Shown: positions 8,791 to 19,645 of the stretch, piece after piece
Position numbering within the stretch: the first letter of the stretch is position 1
How the letters are laid out: every line of letters begins with the position of its first letter
DNA from: an uncultured Nitrospiraceae bacterium
GTDB lineage: Bacteria; Nitrospirota; Thermodesulfovibrionia; Thermodesulfovibrionales; Dissulfurispiraceae
DNA length: 64,000 nt
Direction of reading: 5' to 3'
Assembly (NCBI GenBank): GCA_963705105.1
Contig: CAVPIW010000007.1
Span: 128,001-192,000, forward strand
Program-made: the position numbers and the translations under genes
The notes under the pieces: generated by a model
Seen by the model: only the letters and a program-made list of their open reading frames with translations
Database searches by the model: none
What the model was told of the DNA's origin: nothing

Positions 8791-10470
8791 TCAGTATCCT
8801 TTCAGGGCCTCGAATTCCCGCTCGTCAGCGGCCCTGAAGGCCCTGATCTTCGCCGCCGCGAGGATCTCGCGGTCCTTCAGCTCGATGAGATGGCGCTTCA
8901 CATCCCTGACGAGAGCGGGCGGGGCGTTTCCCGCAGCAGCAAACGGCCAGTTCGGGAGGGGTTTCGTATAGGCGAGGACACGGATCTTCGTCATGTCGAT
9001 TTCTTCCCGCACCACCTCAAGGGCCGATTCCCGGACGAAGCCGGCGTCGGCCTCGCCCTTGTAGACCCCGAGAATGACCGTCTCCTGCCGTTTCGCATCG
9101 ACGATTCTCATCTCTTTGTCCACATCGATGCCCATCTGCGCGAAAAAGAGCTTCTGCGAAAGGTAGCCGCCTGCCGATTTCCTCGACACGATCATCACCC
9201 GTTTGTTCCTGATGTCCCTCACATTTTTCAGCTTGCTGTCGTCCCTCGTGATGATGACCCCCCTGAAGCTGTCCTGCTGGCCGGGACGGTCTTCGGACTC
9301 GCTCGTGTCATCCACGGTCGTCACAAGCGGCCTGATGTCCACCTCTTTGTCGATGAGGGCGAAGATATAGGGGTTCTGGTATGAGAACTCGGCCTTCCTG
9401 CCCTTGACGACCCGCATGAAGTCCTCGAAATCCTTTGGTATGACCAGCTTGAACTCCCTTCCCGTCCTCTTTGAGAGATATCGCATAAGAGGCTCGTAGC
9501 GGTCATAGATGGTGATCGCCGAATAGAGGGGCAACACGGCGACCCTGACGGACCGGGGCCCGTACTCGAGATAGTCCCTGCCCGTAGTGTTCCTGATCAT
9601 GACCCGCACCACATCGAAGTCCCTGTCTTCCGCTGCGGCAAAACGCTCGATGTCCTTGTCGATGGCAGCCAGAACGGCCTTGTCGCCGAGAGAAACGAGG
9701 GTGCGGGCGATCTCTTTTTTCTGATCATCGCCGAGCCTGTCCGTCGAGCAGAAAAAAAACTGGGGGATCGCCTCGGAGGCCTTGATGATCTTCAGTCCGT
9801 CGGCAAGGTATTTTCTCGCAACCGATTCGCTGATCCCCCCGACGTCGTGATTGCCTATGAGAACGGAGAGGGCGATCCTGTCCTCCTGGTTGAGGTAATC
9901 GACGGCGGCGAAATCTTTCATGCCGATGCCGACGTCGAGCAGGAGTGCGAGGGGAATGAGGTAGCTGAAGGATGAACGCTCATTGCCGAGGGCCAGTTTC
10001 TTTCCCCTGACATCGACGATCTTTTCGATGCCTGAACCGCTTTTCGTCACAAGTACGCTGCGCGATGAGGCCCCGTCACGGCCCAAAGCCTTTACAAGCG
10101 GCTGTATGCGATCCCGGTAGCGGGCCCTCACCTCGCAGTACGTAGCGGGATCGAGGCAGGCGATGTGCACGCGGCCGTTCCCGATATCGGTAATCGCCGT
10201 CTCGTAATCCCGGGCGATCCGCAGCTCGACGGGAACGCCGAGGGCCTTTTCGAGATGGTATTTCAGCGGAAGGAACCGTTCATACATAGCTCCCGAACTC
10301 TCCACAGGCAGGAGCAGGAGCGTCAGCTGCCGGGCAGAGGGCGTCGGAGCAGCCGCTTTGTTTATGTCAGCTGCAGGAGGGGATTGCGGCGACGGTGAGC
10401 CGCCCTGTCCCGTGCAGGCCGCCAGGACGAGAATCACGATGGTGAGTGCGATCGACTTCAAAGTATCCAC
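8791..10470 (-). CDS. Lipoprotein with two tandem PhnD-like (phosphate/phosphonate/oxyanion) binding domains
   Basis: Lipobox LAAC; two repeats of the pattern PLxxYLxxxxG...YEDF...SxSxYL.P/Q...V..GxxDAG; stop lies 2 nt from the kinase start. Confidence 0.85.
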   Translation of the reverse strand: MDTLKSIALTIVILVLAACTGQGGSPSPQSPPAADINKAAAPTPSARQLTLLLLPVESSGAMYERFLPLKYHLEKALGVPVELRIARDYETAITDIGNGRVHIACLDPATYCEVRARYRDRIQPLVKALGRDGASSRSVLVTKSGSGIEKIVDVRGKKLALGNERSSFSYLIPLALLLDVGIGMKDFAAVDYLNQEDRIALSVLIGNHDVGGISESVARKYLADGLKIIKASEAIPQFFFCSTDRLGDDQKKEIARTLVSLGDKAVLAAIDKDIERFAAAEDRDFDVVRVMIRNTTGRDYLEYGPRSVRVAVLPLYSAITIYDRYEPLMRYLSKRTGREFKLVIPKDFEDFMRVVKGRKAEFSYQNPYIFALIDKEVDIRPLVTTVDDTSESEDRPGQQDSFRGVIITRDDSKLKNVRDIRNKRVMIVSRKSAGGYLSQKLFFAQMGIDVDKEMRIVDAKRQETVILGVYKGEADAGFVRESALEVVREEIDMTKIRVLAYTKPLPNWPFAAAGNAPPALVRDVKRHLIELKDREILAAAKIRAFRAADEREFEALKGY

Positions 10471-10548
10471 AATCGGGATTATTTTCCGGACACTCTCTGT
10501 GCTCTCTGTGACCTCTGTGGCTGAATTGCCTTTCTGCCCCTTTATTCC

Positions 10549-11178
10549 TTATCTGAGGAACTGTGCCGAGAACATGTTGAACTTTTTTTCGTGGCCGATC
10601 GTCGTCACCGGCCCATGGCCCGAGAGGACGCGGGTGTCCGCCGGCAGTTCCATGAGCCTCCGGAAGGACTGCCCGATGAGACTCATGCTGCCGCCGTGGA
10701 AATCGGTCCTCCCGATAGACCCCGCAAAGAGGGTGTCACCGGTGATGACAAAGCCTTCCCGGTACAGGCAGATGCCGCCGGGGCTGTGTCCCGGAGATTC
10801 GAACACCTTGAATTCAAGCGATCCCACCGAGATGAGGTCTCCCTCGGCCACAAAAAGGTCCGGGTCGGGCAGCGGGTCGATGTCAAAGCCCCAGAAGGCG
10901 GCCATGTCCCGGGCGGCCTGATAAATCTCCATCTCCTCCCGGTTCAGGACGACCTTGCCTCCCGTCTCCTTCTTGATATCGCTGACTGCGCCCACATGAT
11001 CGAAGTGTCCGTGCGTGCAGACGACATAGTCGACAGTGAAGTCCTTTTCTTTGATGGCATCAAGGATCCTGTCGGGCTCATCGCCGGGATCGATGACCAT
11101 AGATTTCCTGCTCTCCACATCGCCGATGATGTAGCAGTTGACCTGCAGAGGTCCTACGACAAGGCTTTTGATGAACAT
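10549..11178 (-). CDS. Metallo-beta-lactamase fold hydrolase (glyoxalase II/YcbL-like)
   Basis: THGHFDHVG, PGHSPG, GDTLFAGSIGRTD, GHG motifs. Confidence 0.93.
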   Translation of the reverse strand: MFIKSLVVGPLQVNCYIIGDVESRKSMVIDPGDEPDRILDAIKEKDFTVDYVVCTHGHFDHVGAVSDIKKETGGKVVLNREEMEIYQAARDMAAFWGFDIDPLPDPDLFVAEGDLISVGSLEFKVFESPGHSPGGICLYREGFVITGDTLFAGSIGRTDFHGGSMSLIGQSFRRLMELPADTRVLSGHGPVTTIGHEKKFNMFSAQFLR

Positions 11179-11264
11179 GGCAACTCCTTATCTATATGAA
11201 TTTATATGACCGATTTGTCTTACATGTCCTATATTATGACACAACGCAGCAGGGCCGGCATACG

Positions 11265-12866
11265 TCACCTCTTCCTCAGCTTGCCGGCGAGATACCCCAT
11301 CTCTTCGCTCCTGAACAAAAAAGCCGCTGCGCAATAGACACCGACGCAGAGCAAGATCGAGAAGAGGAGATAGGCCGCCTTCCGGATGATCTCTCCCCCT
11401 GACATCCAGAAGGGGCCCGTCACCACAAACCATCCGGCGATGCCCATGACGATCGAGGCGCCGGCGGTCTTTGCGAAGGACGTGAGGATTCTCCCCGTGC
11501 CTATATGCCCGAGTCTCCTGCGCAGGAGGAAGAAGAGCATCGTGAAATTGAAGCATGAGGCGAGGGCCGTCGCAAGGGCGAGTCCGTTATGTTTCAGCGG
11601 TCCCATGAGAACGAGGCTGAGGGCGATGTTGATCATGACGGCGGCGAAGGCGACTTTCACAGGCGTCTTCGTGTCCTGGAGGGAATAGAATCCTGCCGTG
11701 ATGATCCTGACGCCGACGATCGCCCATATCCCGACGGAGTAAAACATCAGGGCATCCGATGTGCCGATCGTCGCCTCGGGACCGAACAGTCCCCGCTGGA
11801 ACAGGGTGCTGACGATGGGGACCCTGAGGGCGATGAGGCCGATCATGGCGGGCACGGTGATGAAGAAGAGCAACCTCAGGGAGAAGGAAAAGTCCTCCTT
11901 CAGCCTGTCGAGATCTCCCTTTGCGGCATGCTCGGAGAGCGCCGGCAGTGCGGCCATGCCCATGGCGACGCCGAAAATACCGATGGGGAACTGGATAAGC
12001 CTCATGGAGTAGTAAAGGTACGTGATGCTCCCTTCGGGGAGATAAGACGCGAGGATCGTGCTGATGAAAATGTTGATCTGGGCCACGGCAAGTCCTGCCG
12101 TGGAAGGGATGATAAGCATGCCGATCCTCCTGACGCCGGGATGGAGAAAGGGCTCGGCATTCTTGCCCGGGATATTCTCCGCCTGTTTTGCATGCCTCCC
12201 CGTTCGAAAAAAACTGAACCCCTCTCTGAAAAAGGCGGGGGTCTGTATGAGGAACTGGACCAGGCCCCCGGCCGTAACGCCGATCGCGACGGCTATGATG
12301 GGATCCGCGAACGAGGAAGACAGGGTGAATATGCTGGCGATGATGACGATATTGAGCAGAGCCGGCGCGAAGGCGGGAACGAAGAACGTCCCTCTCGTGT
12401 TGAGGGCGCCCATGGTCAGGGAGGCCAGGCTGATGAACAGGAGAAAGGGGAACATGATCCGCGTCAGCAGGACCGTCATCGAGAACTTCTCTGTGTCCGG
12501 CAGGAAACCGGGGGCGATAAGAGACACGATGTAGGGAGCGGCGGCAATGCCGAGAAGGCAGATGAAGCCGACGAACAGCACGATCACCCTGAAGGTCGCC
12601 CTCACGAGCCTGTTCGCCTCTTCCCTGCCCTGCTTCGTCTGATACTCTGTCAGGATCGGGATGAAGGCGGACGACATGGAACCCTCGGCGAAGAGTTCCC
12701 TGAGCAGGTTGGGGATCCTGAAGGCGACGAAAAAGACATCGGCAGTGCCCGTGGCGCCGAAGAAACCGGCGAGGATCATGTCCTTGATATACCCCAGGAC
12801 CCTGCTGATGAGCGTGGCGACGGACATCGCCCCCGCCGCCCTCGTGATTTTCCCCTGCGCGCTCAC
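11265..12866 (-). CDS. murJ: Lipid II flippase MurJ (MviN)
   Basis: SRVLGY..D, AFRIPNLLRELFAEG, multiple TM helices. Confidence 0.96.
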   Translation of the reverse strand: MSAQGKITRAAGAMSVATLISRVLGYIKDMILAGFFGATGTADVFFVAFRIPNLLRELFAEGSMSSAFIPILTEYQTKQGREEANRLVRATFRVIVLFVGFICLLGIAAAPYIVSLIAPGFLPDTEKFSMTVLLTRIMFPFLLFISLASLTMGALNTRGTFFVPAFAPALLNIVIIASIFTLSSSFADPIIAVAIGVTAGGLVQFLIQTPAFFREGFSFFRTGRHAKQAENIPGKNAEPFLHPGVRRIGMLIIPSTAGLAVAQINIFISTILASYLPEGSITYLYYSMRLIQFPIGIFGVAMGMAALPALSEHAAKGDLDRLKEDFSFSLRLLFFITVPAMIGLIALRVPIVSTLFQRGLFGPEATIGTSDALMFYSVGIWAIVGVRIITAGFYSLQDTKTPVKVAFAAVMINIALSLVLMGPLKHNGLALATALASCFNFTMLFFLLRRRLGHIGTGRILTSFAKTAGASIVMGIAGWFVVTGPFWMSGGEIIRKAAYLLFSILLCVGVYCAAAFLFRSEEMGYLAGKLRKR

Positions 12867-12889
12867 GCGCGTTCACCTTTCAATTGCAT

Positions 12890-13151
12890 GAAAAAGCGGG
12901 GCGAAGCGCCTCAAAGCCTTGCTGAAGGCGACGGTGAGTATTGTCAGGTTCATCGTTCAGGATTGTACTTTCCAGTTTGAAAAGGCGGGACAAAGTGCCT
13001 CAAAGCCTTGCCGATAGCGAGCATGATCATTTGAAATGGGACATTCGGGATTCCACCCTTTGCGTTATCAACCGTCGGCCTGACATGATCCGTATGGGAA
13101 GGCAAAGGTTTCGCAGCACCAAGGCTTTTCGGCATCTTCGCCCCGCCTTTC
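12890..13151. repeat. Two nested or adjacent modules of the GAAAGGCGGGG MITE family
   Basis: GAAAAAGCGGGGCGAAGCGCCTCAAAGCCTTGCTGAAGGCGACG at 12890; second module 12979-13151 ends CCCCGCCTTTC. Confidence 0.8.
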
Positions 13152-13177
13152 CGGATGTCCTATTGCATCGATACGGT

Positions 13178-13606
13178 TCACTTCGACTGAACGCCGGCTT
13201 TGCTTTTCTCGTCCTCCTGCACGAAGTCTCCGTAATGTTTACGGGCGCATTCCGGGCAGAGGCCGTGGGAAAATTCCGCTGCAGAGTGTTCGGAAATGTA
13301 GCTCTCGATGGGCGTCCATTCGTCGTCGACGCGGATCTTCTTACAGAAGAGACAGACGGGGAGGAAACCCTCGAGGTATTTGATCCTGTTCAGCAGCCGC
13401 CAGGTCAGCAAGACGGTGAAGACACCGAGGACGAGCGTCAGAGAAGCCTCGAAGAAACTCTCCACCCAGTTGATCGGCGTTGCCGGAACGCCGAAGATGT
13501 GATGGGGAAGGTCGAAGACCTCGTCGGCAAAGAGAAAGAGAATCACGATGCCGAAGCCGATTATCTCGTAAAAAATAATCGTTTTCGCTATCCCTTTTTT
13601 TGTCAT
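13178..13606 (-). CDS. Small two-TM membrane protein with C-terminal Cys/His motif
   Basis: Two hydrophobic helices, then LPVCLFCKKIR...W...SHGLCPEC; start taken at MTKKG after an AGGAAGG RBS. Confidence 0.8.
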   Translation of the reverse strand: MTKKGIAKTIIFYEIIGFGIVILFLFADEVFDLPHHIFGVPATPINWVESFFEASLTLVLGVFTVLLTWRLLNRIKYLEGFLPVCLFCKKIRVDDEWTPIESYISEHSAAEFSHGLCPECARKHYGDFVQEDEKSKAGVQSK

Positions 13607-13762
13607 GACCTTCCTCCTGCCTCTGTGCTTCAAGCCGCTGATCGCTCAACCGGACAGGCTGCGACGGCGCTCCATATTATACACCTTTCCGGCCTCATGA
13701 CGTATCGCCGGGGTCTTTCTGAAGAGACTGTCTCACGCAAAGCCGCACAGTGCGCAAAGAAG

Positions 13763-13960
13763 ACCTTATCGTTGCATACGCCTTCCGGAAAGGCGGGGTG
13801 TATGCGCTGAAAACCTTGCTGCGGCGACACCTGTATCTCAAGGAAAGGCGAATTATAAACCAATGGTCGATGACACAAAGAGTGGATTCCTGAAACACGA
13901 AGCTGACAATGCGTATCGTCGCCTTCAGCAAGGCTTTGAGGCGCTTTGCCCCGCCTTTTC
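13763..13960. repeat. MITE family module; inverted homolog at 40729-40925
   Basis: GAAAGGCGGGG...CCCCGCCTTTTC termini; interior aligns with the reverse complement of 40729-40925. Confidence 0.85.
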
Positions 13961-13979
13961 ATACAACAGAAAGAAAGAT

Positions 13980-14864
13980 TCATGATCCAGCCGTAAAACC
14001 GACGAATATTCTCGGTATGCCGGCGTAATCCTTCCTGACTTCGGCTGACACGAGCCCGGCGCCGAGGGCGATATCCTGCACCTCTGCAGCCTGCCCGTAT
14101 CCGACTTCCATGAGGAGCATTCCCTTTTCTCCGAGGCGTGCCGGCGCCCCGGCGATGATCCTTCGGTAGAACAACAGCCCATCGTCCCCGCCGTCAAGTG
14201 CTTCGGAAGGTTCGAAGTCCCGGATCTCCCGTTGCAGCCCCCCCATGTCCTCTGTCCGTATGTAGGGCGGGTTGGCGGTGATGCAGTCGAAGCGTTCCGG
14301 TCCAAGGGGTTCATACAAATCTCCGAGAAGGAAACGCACATTGTCTGTTCGATTGGAGGCGGCGTTATCGATGGCGTACCGGAGGGCTGCGGCAGAGCTG
14401 TCAATGCCGTAAACGTCCGAGGCGGGGAAAGCCCGGGCAAGGGCGATGGCTATGCAGCCGCTGCCGGTGCAGAGATCGAGCACCCTCAGGCGCTCGCCAG
14501 TCAAGGACCCATCCGGTTCATCCCGGACGCTGCGTTTTTTCTTCAGCTCACTGATCGTTTCCATAACGAGAAGCTCTGTCTCCGGTCTCGGGATGAGCAC
14601 GCCGGGGCCGACATGAATCCGCAACCCGAGGAAATCGATGTGCCCGATGATATACTGGAGAGGCTCCCCCCCCGCGCGACGCGCCGTCCGGGAGTCGATT
14701 TCATGCAGAAGGCTTTCGCTGATATCGGGATCGTCCCTGAAGAATACATCCGCCGTTATGCCGAGTGTTTCGGTTATGAGAGTGAGGGACTCTTTTTCGG
14801 CATCAGGTATGCCGGACTGCCGGAGGATGCGGGAAAGGTCTGACAACTTCTCGGAAGATCTCAC
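13980..14864 (-). CDS. prmC: Release factor glutamine methyltransferase
   Basis: [29 protein letters not shown]; overlaps the prfA stop. Confidence 0.96.
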   Translation of the reverse strand: MRSSEKLSDLSRILRQSGIPDAEKESLTLITETLGITADVFFRDDPDISESLLHEIDSRTARRAGGEPLQYIIGHIDFLGLRIHVGPGVLIPRPETELLVMETISELKKKRSVRDEPDGSLTGERLRVLDLCTGSGCIAIALARAFPASDVYGIDSSAAALRYAIDNAASNRTDNVRFLLGDLYEPLGPERFDCITANPPYIRTEDMGGLQREIRDFEPSEALDGGDDGLLFYRRIIAGAPARLGEKGMLLMEVGYGQAAEVQDIALGAGLVSAEVRKDYAGIPRIFVGFTAGS

Positions 14865-15925
14865 ATCTCCCGGAGCCGCTCCGTCTGATAGTGCGTGCTG
14901 AGGGCGTCAATGATGTCGTCCAGGTCGCCCTCGAGGACCTGCTCGAGCTTATGCAGCGTCAGTCCGACGCGGTGGTCCGTCACCCTGTTCTGGGGATAGT
15001 TGTACGTCCTGATGCGCTCGCTCCTGTCGCCTGTGCCGACCTGTGTCTTTCTATCGGCGGCGCGCTCTTTTTCCTTGCGCTCCATCTCGAACTCCAGGAG
15101 TCGTGACCTGAGCACTTTCATGGCCTTGTCACGGTTCTTTATCTGGGAGCGCTCGTCCTGACACTGGACGACCATGCCCGTAGGGATGTGAGTGATCCGG
15201 ACCGCCGAATAGGTTGTGTTCACGCCCTGCCCGCCGGGACCGGAAGCGCAGAAGGTGTCGACACGGAGGTCCTTTTCATCGACCTTGATGTCCACCTCCT
15301 CCGCCTCAGGAAGGACAGCGACCGTTGCAGCGGATGTGTGGATCCTCCCGGACGCCTCGGTGACAGGCACGCGCTGGACGCGGTGGACACCGCTTTCATA
15401 CTTCAGCCGGCTGTATGCCCCTTTCCCGATGATCGATGCCGTGACCTCCTTGAGTCCGCCGATACCGGTGGGGCTGATATCGATCACCTCGATCTTCCAT
15501 CTCCTCTGTTCGGCATACTTCGAGTACATCCGGAAGAGGGATGCGCCGAACAGGGCCGCCTCTTCGCCTCCCGTCCCGGCCCTGATCTCGAGGATGACGT
15601 TCCGTTCGTCTCTCGGGTCCTTCGGCAGGAGCATGATCCGCAGCTCTTCCTCGATAAGAGGCCTCTTTTGCTTCAGCCCGTCGAGCTCCTCCTGTGCCAG
15701 TTCCCTCATGTCGCCGTCGCCGCCCTTCAGAAGCTCCTCGGCATCATCGATCTCGGCGAGCACCTTCATGTACGTCACGATTTTGTCGACAAGGGGCTGG
15801 AGATCGGACTGTTCCTTGGAATAGCGCTGATACTCCTGGTGGTTCGAGAATACATCAGGGTTGGACAGCTCCTTCGTGATCTCATCATATTTCTCCCGTA
15901 TACCCCTGAGCTTGTCGAGCATCAT
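14861..15925 (-). CDS. prfA: Peptide chain release factor 1
   Basis: PVT recognition motif, GGQ, ERIRTYN. Confidence 0.98.
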   Translation of the reverse strand: MMLDKLRGIREKYDEITKELSNPDVFSNHQEYQRYSKEQSDLQPLVDKIVTYMKVLAEIDDAEELLKGGDGDMRELAQEELDGLKQKRPLIEEELRIMLLPKDPRDERNVILEIRAGTGGEEAALFGASLFRMYSKYAEQRRWKIEVIDISPTGIGGLKEVTASIIGKGAYSRLKYESGVHRVQRVPVTEASGRIHTSAATVAVLPEAEEVDIKVDEKDLRVDTFCASGPGGQGVNTTYSAVRITHIPTGMVVQCQDERSQIKNRDKAMKVLRSRLLEFEMERKEKERAADRKTQVGTGDRSERIRTYNYPQNRVTDHRVGLTLHKLEQVLEGDLDDIIDALSTHYQTERLREM

Positions 15926-16809
15926 TTCGCCCGTCCCTCCATGGCGAGGACGGCTTCAACGGCCGCCAGGGCGACCTCGATCTGCGCCTCGTCCGGTTCC
16001 CGGACGGTCAGACGCTGAAGGAGGAGGCCCGGAAGAGTGATGAGTCCCATGATGGAGCTGTCTTTCATCTTGGCCGAATACCGCAGGATCTCGTAGGAAA
16101 TACCGGCGATGACGGGCATGAGAACGATCCGCGCCCCCGCTTTCCAGAGGAAGGGCCAGTGCTGGGGGATGAGCGAGAAGATGAGTATGCTGATCACCAT
16201 GACGATGAGGAGGAAACTCGTGCCGCACCGCGGGTGATAGGGCCTGTATTTCCGGGCGTTTTCGACGGTCAGGGCCTCGCCGGCCTCATAGGCGTAGATC
16301 ACCTTGTGCTCTGCGCCGTGGTATTCATAGATCCGTCTCATCTCCCTCCACATGCCGATGGTGAAAACGTACAGGAGAAAGATGCCCACCCTGAGCACAC
16401 CGTCGACGAGATTAAAGAGAAACGATTGCTCAGCCACACCCTGCGATACCATACCGACGAGCTTCGTGAGGTACAGAGGCAGGATGATAAAGAGACCAAC
16501 GGCGAGAAGAAAGGCGGCGCCTATGGAGAAGGCCATGCTGAGAGGGCCGGGGGCCTTCTCGTTTTCCCCCTCGAAAGCGACGGTCCCCGAATATTCGATC
16601 GCCTTGATACCGATATAGAGGGCCTGAAAAAGGGCGATGACCCCCCTGACGAGGCACATTTTGAAGATCTTCGGCGGTTCCTTCGTCTCTACCGTTTTAA
16701 GGTTGATTTCCCCTTTCGGGTTCCTGACGGCCACGCTCCATCCCTTGGGGGACTTCATCATGACCCCCTCGATAACGGCCTGACCGCCTATATTTTTTAC
16801 ATGATTCAT
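15922..16809 (-). CDS. DUF1385 membrane protein (putative metal-dependent)
   Basis: [26 protein letters not shown]; usual rpmE-DUF1385-prfA context. Confidence 0.92.
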   Translation of the reverse strand: MNHVKNIGGQAVIEGVMMKSPKGWSVAVRNPKGEINLKTVETKEPPKIFKMCLVRGVIALFQALYIGIKAIEYSGTVAFEGENEKAPGPLSMAFSIGAAFLLAVGLFIILPLYLTKLVGMVSQGVAEQSFLFNLVDGVLRVGIFLLYVFTIGMWREMRRIYEYHGAEHKVIYAYEAGEALTVENARKYRPYHPRCGTSFLLIVMVISILIFSLIPQHWPFLWKAGARIVLMPVIAGISYEILRYSAKMKDSSIMGLITLPGLLLQRLTVREPDEAQIEVALAAVEAVLAMEGRAK

Positions 16810-16912
16810 GGTTGAAAAACACTCCTGTCCCGGATTTTTACGGGCGATTGTTCATAAAAAGCATAGGGGCGTATGCCTACGCCCCTGTTGGTAACGGAAC
16901 CGCTGAATACCG

Positions 16913-17113
16913 CTACTTCTTCGCGTATTTCTTCTTGAACTTCTCGACCCTGCCCTCCGTGTCGAGGACCCTCTGCTTGCCCGTAAAAAAGGGATGGCAC
17001 TTGGAGCAGATATCGAGGCGGATGCTCTGCCTCGTCGAACGGGTTTCAAAGGACTCTCCGCAGGCGCACACGATCTTTGTCGCATCATATTTGGGATGAA
17101 TTTTTTCTTTCAC
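16913..17113 (-). CDS. rpmE: 50S ribosomal protein L31 (zinc-binding type)
   Basis: [22 protein letters not shown] start with AAGGAGG RBS. Confidence 0.97.
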   Translation of the reverse strand: MKEKIHPKYDATKIVCACGESFETRSTRQSIRLDICSKCHPFFTGKQRVLDTEGRVEKFKKKYAKK

Positions 17114-17266
17114 GTCACACCCTCCTTACCGAATTAACACTATATTTTATAGAATGGTCCATCGATTTGGCAAGCGTAAAAAGGGGTCTCCCTTGATCCT
17201 TGACATTTCCGCACTTACGCAGAGGCTTTCACGGAAATTGAGCATTGTCGCTGCAGAAGCCGTCCG

Positions 17267-17325
17267 GAAAGGCGGGGCAAATGCGCCGAGGCGCTTCGCC
17301 CCGCCTTTTCATGCAGCAGCAAGGT
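17267..17325. repeat. Minimal MITE family copy (both termini, interior absent)
   Basis: GAAAGGCGGGGCAAATGCGCCGAGGCGCTTCGCCCCGCCTTTTCATGCAGC. Confidence 0.75.
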
Positions 17326-17348
17326 AAGGTTGCCCCGGCGTGCTGACG

Positions 17349-17384
17349 AAAAAAGCCGGCAGGGTGTATCCTGCCGGCTTTTTT
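17349..17384 (-). terminator. Intrinsic terminator after hppA
   Basis: A6-GCCGGCAGG...CCTGCCGGC-T6. Confidence 0.85.
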
Positions 17385-17398
17385 GTAATCAGGTGATA

Positions 17399-19477
17399 TT
17401 ACTTCAGAAGCGGAACGATCAGGAGCGCGACGATGTTGATGACCTTGATCATCGGGTTGATCGCCGGGCCTGCCGTGTCCTTGTAAGGGTCGCCGACGGT
17501 GTCGCCGGTGACGGCGGCCTTGTGGCCGTCGCTGCCCTTCTTGTGCACGACGCCCTTGTCGTCGGTGACGCCGTCTTCAAAGGCCTTCTTGGCGTTGTCC
17601 CAGGCGCCGCCGCCGGACGTCATGGCGATGGCGAGGAAGAGACCGGTCAGGATGCTGCCGATCAGCACGCCGCCCAGGGCCTGCGGCCCGAGGATAAACC
17701 CGACAACGAGAGGCGCCACAACAGGAAGCAGTGCCGGCACCATCATCTCCTTGATGGCCGATTTGGTGACGATATCGACGCACTTGCCGTACTCAGGCTT
17801 TCCCGTGCCTTCCATAATGCCGGGGATCTCACGGAACTGTCTGCGGACTTCCATAACGACACCACCCGCCGCCCTGCCGACTGCAAGCATCAGCTTGCCG
17901 GCGAACAGGTACGGGATAAGACCGCCGATAAAGAGTCCGGCGATAATATTGGGGTCCGAGAGATCGAAGGTGAGACCGACCATGCTCTTGGCGAGTTCAC
18001 GTGAATACTCCGCAAACAGAACGAGTGCCGCGAGGCCGGCCGAACCGATCGCGTATCCTTTCGTGACAGCCTTGGTCGTATTGCCGACCGCATCGAGCGG
18101 ATCGGTGATCGCGCGCACTTCCGGAGGAAGCTCGGCCATCTCGGCGATACCACCCGCATTATCCGTAATCGGGCCGTATGAGTCGATCGCGACGACAATG
18201 CCCGTCATGGAAAGCATCGAGACGGCTGACAGCGCAATCGCAAAGAGTCCTGTTCCCGTATTTCCGGCAAATCCGCCGCCGAGGGCGTAGGAGCCCATAA
18301 TCGCGCCGACTATAACAAGGGCCGGAAGGGCCGTGGCTTCCATGCTCATGGCAAGACCGGCGATGACGTTCGTGCCATGGCCGGTGAGGCTCGCCTGGGC
18401 GATGACCTTAACAGGCCTGTACTCCTTGGCGGTGTAATACTCGGTGATCACGACGATGAGGCCCGTCAGGGCGAGACCGATGAAGGCGCACCCGACGACG
18501 CTCATTGCGGTGAATCCGCCGGTGTCTCCGCCGAGCTGACCCATAAACCACGTCGTCACACCGTAAAAGCCTATTGCCGCAATCACGCCGGCAACGGCGA
18601 GGGCCTTATAGAGGGCGCCCATGATGTACTGGCTTGCGCCCAGCCTGACGAAGTAGGTGCCGATAATGGAGGCGATAATCGAAACGCCGCCCAGCAGGAG
18701 CGGGAACTCGACCCAGAGGCTGTCGGCGCCGAAGACCGACTTCGCCAGCAGCATCGCTGCAACCAGCGTAACTGTATAGGTTTCATACAGGTCCGCAGCC
18801 ATACCTGCGCAGTCGCCCACGTTATCGCCCACGTTGTCGGCGATGACGGCGGGGTTTCTCGGGTCGTCCTCAGGGATGCCCGCCTCGACCTTGCCGACGA
18901 GGTCGGCGCCGACGTCAGCGGCCTTCGTGTAGATACCGCCCGCGATACGGGCAAACACGGACATGAGAGAGCAGCCGAAGCCGAGGCCGATGAGGGCATG
19001 GAATGCTGCCTCTGTTGTCGTTACTGACTTTACGATGTAGTAATAACCCGCCAGCCCGATGATGCCGAGACCGACGACCATGATGCCCGTGACGGAACCG
19101 CCCTTGAACGAAAGCGTAAGAGCTTGCTGCAGTCCCTTCGACGCCGCCTGGGTCGTCCGGACGTTTGCGCGGACCGTCACCCACATGCCGACAAAACCGG
19201 CGAATGCCGAGCCGACCGTCCCTATAATGAAGCCGACGGCAGTCCATAAGCCGAGGCTCGGGACCGCGGCAAGGATGACGACCAGCACCACGGCGACGAC
19301 GGCGACGGTCTTGTACTCACGGGCAAGAAATGCGTAGGCGCCTTCCTTGACTGCGTTCGATATCGCCTGCATACGTTCTGTTCCGGCGTCCTGTTTGGAT
19401 ACCCAGGATGCGGTCACGAGGGCATAAAGCACACCCAGGACACCGCATAACAGGGAAAAAAGAATGATTGTTGACAT
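17399..19477 (-). CDS. hppA: Membrane-bound ion-translocating pyrophosphatase, K+-independent type
   Basis: [36 protein letters not shown] carries Lys at the K+-dependence site. Confidence 0.96.
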   Translation of the reverse strand: MSTIILFSLLCGVLGVLYALVTASWVSKQDAGTERMQAISNAVKEGAYAFLAREYKTVAVVAVVLVVILAAVPSLGLWTAVGFIIGTVGSAFAGFVGMWVTVRANVRTTQAASKGLQQALTLSFKGGSVTGIMVVGLGIIGLAGYYYIVKSVTTTEAAFHALIGLGFGCSLMSVFARIAGGIYTKAADVGADLVGKVEAGIPEDDPRNPAVIADNVGDNVGDCAGMAADLYETYTVTLVAAMLLAKSVFGADSLWVEFPLLLGGVSIIASIIGTYFVRLGASQYIMGALYKALAVAGVIAAIGFYGVTTWFMGQLGGDTGGFTAMSVVGCAFIGLALTGLIVVITEYYTAKEYRPVKVIAQASLTGHGTNVIAGLAMSMEATALPALVIVGAIMGSYALGGGFAGNTGTGLFAIALSAVSMLSMTGIVVAIDSYGPITDNAGGIAEMAELPPEVRAITDPLDAVGNTTKAVTKGYAIGSAGLAALVLFAEYSRELAKSMVGLTFDLSDPNIIAGLFIGGLIPYLFAGKLMLAVGRAAGGVVMEVRRQFREIPGIMEGTGKPEYGKCVDIVTKSAIKEMMVPALLPVVAPLVVGFILGPQALGGVLIGSILTGLFLAIAMTSGGGAWDNAKKAFEDGVTDDKGVVHKKGSDGHKAAVTGDTVGDPYKDTAGPAINPMIKVINIVALLIVPLLK

Positions 19478-19645
19478 TTCCCTTCTCTCCTCCTTTTACA
19501 TAATTTGATTGCCATGCATTGAGACCAGAAAGATTTCACGTCTTATGACAAAGTCATGCCATTGCTCTACTGCACGTCAATGCCGATTTTTCCGCGCTTT
19601 CACCTCCTTGTCCCAGGGTGTACAATCGATAGCATACCTTTCTCC

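Noticed and set aside
8791..10470. Phosphonate ABC transporter
   Set aside because: No permease or ATPase genes nearby; coupled to a histidine kinase instead.
10493..10520. CTCTGTG short tandem units; similar heptamer runs at ~24226-24285 and ~32100-32135
   Set aside because: Short low-complexity intergenic repeats with no supportable function.
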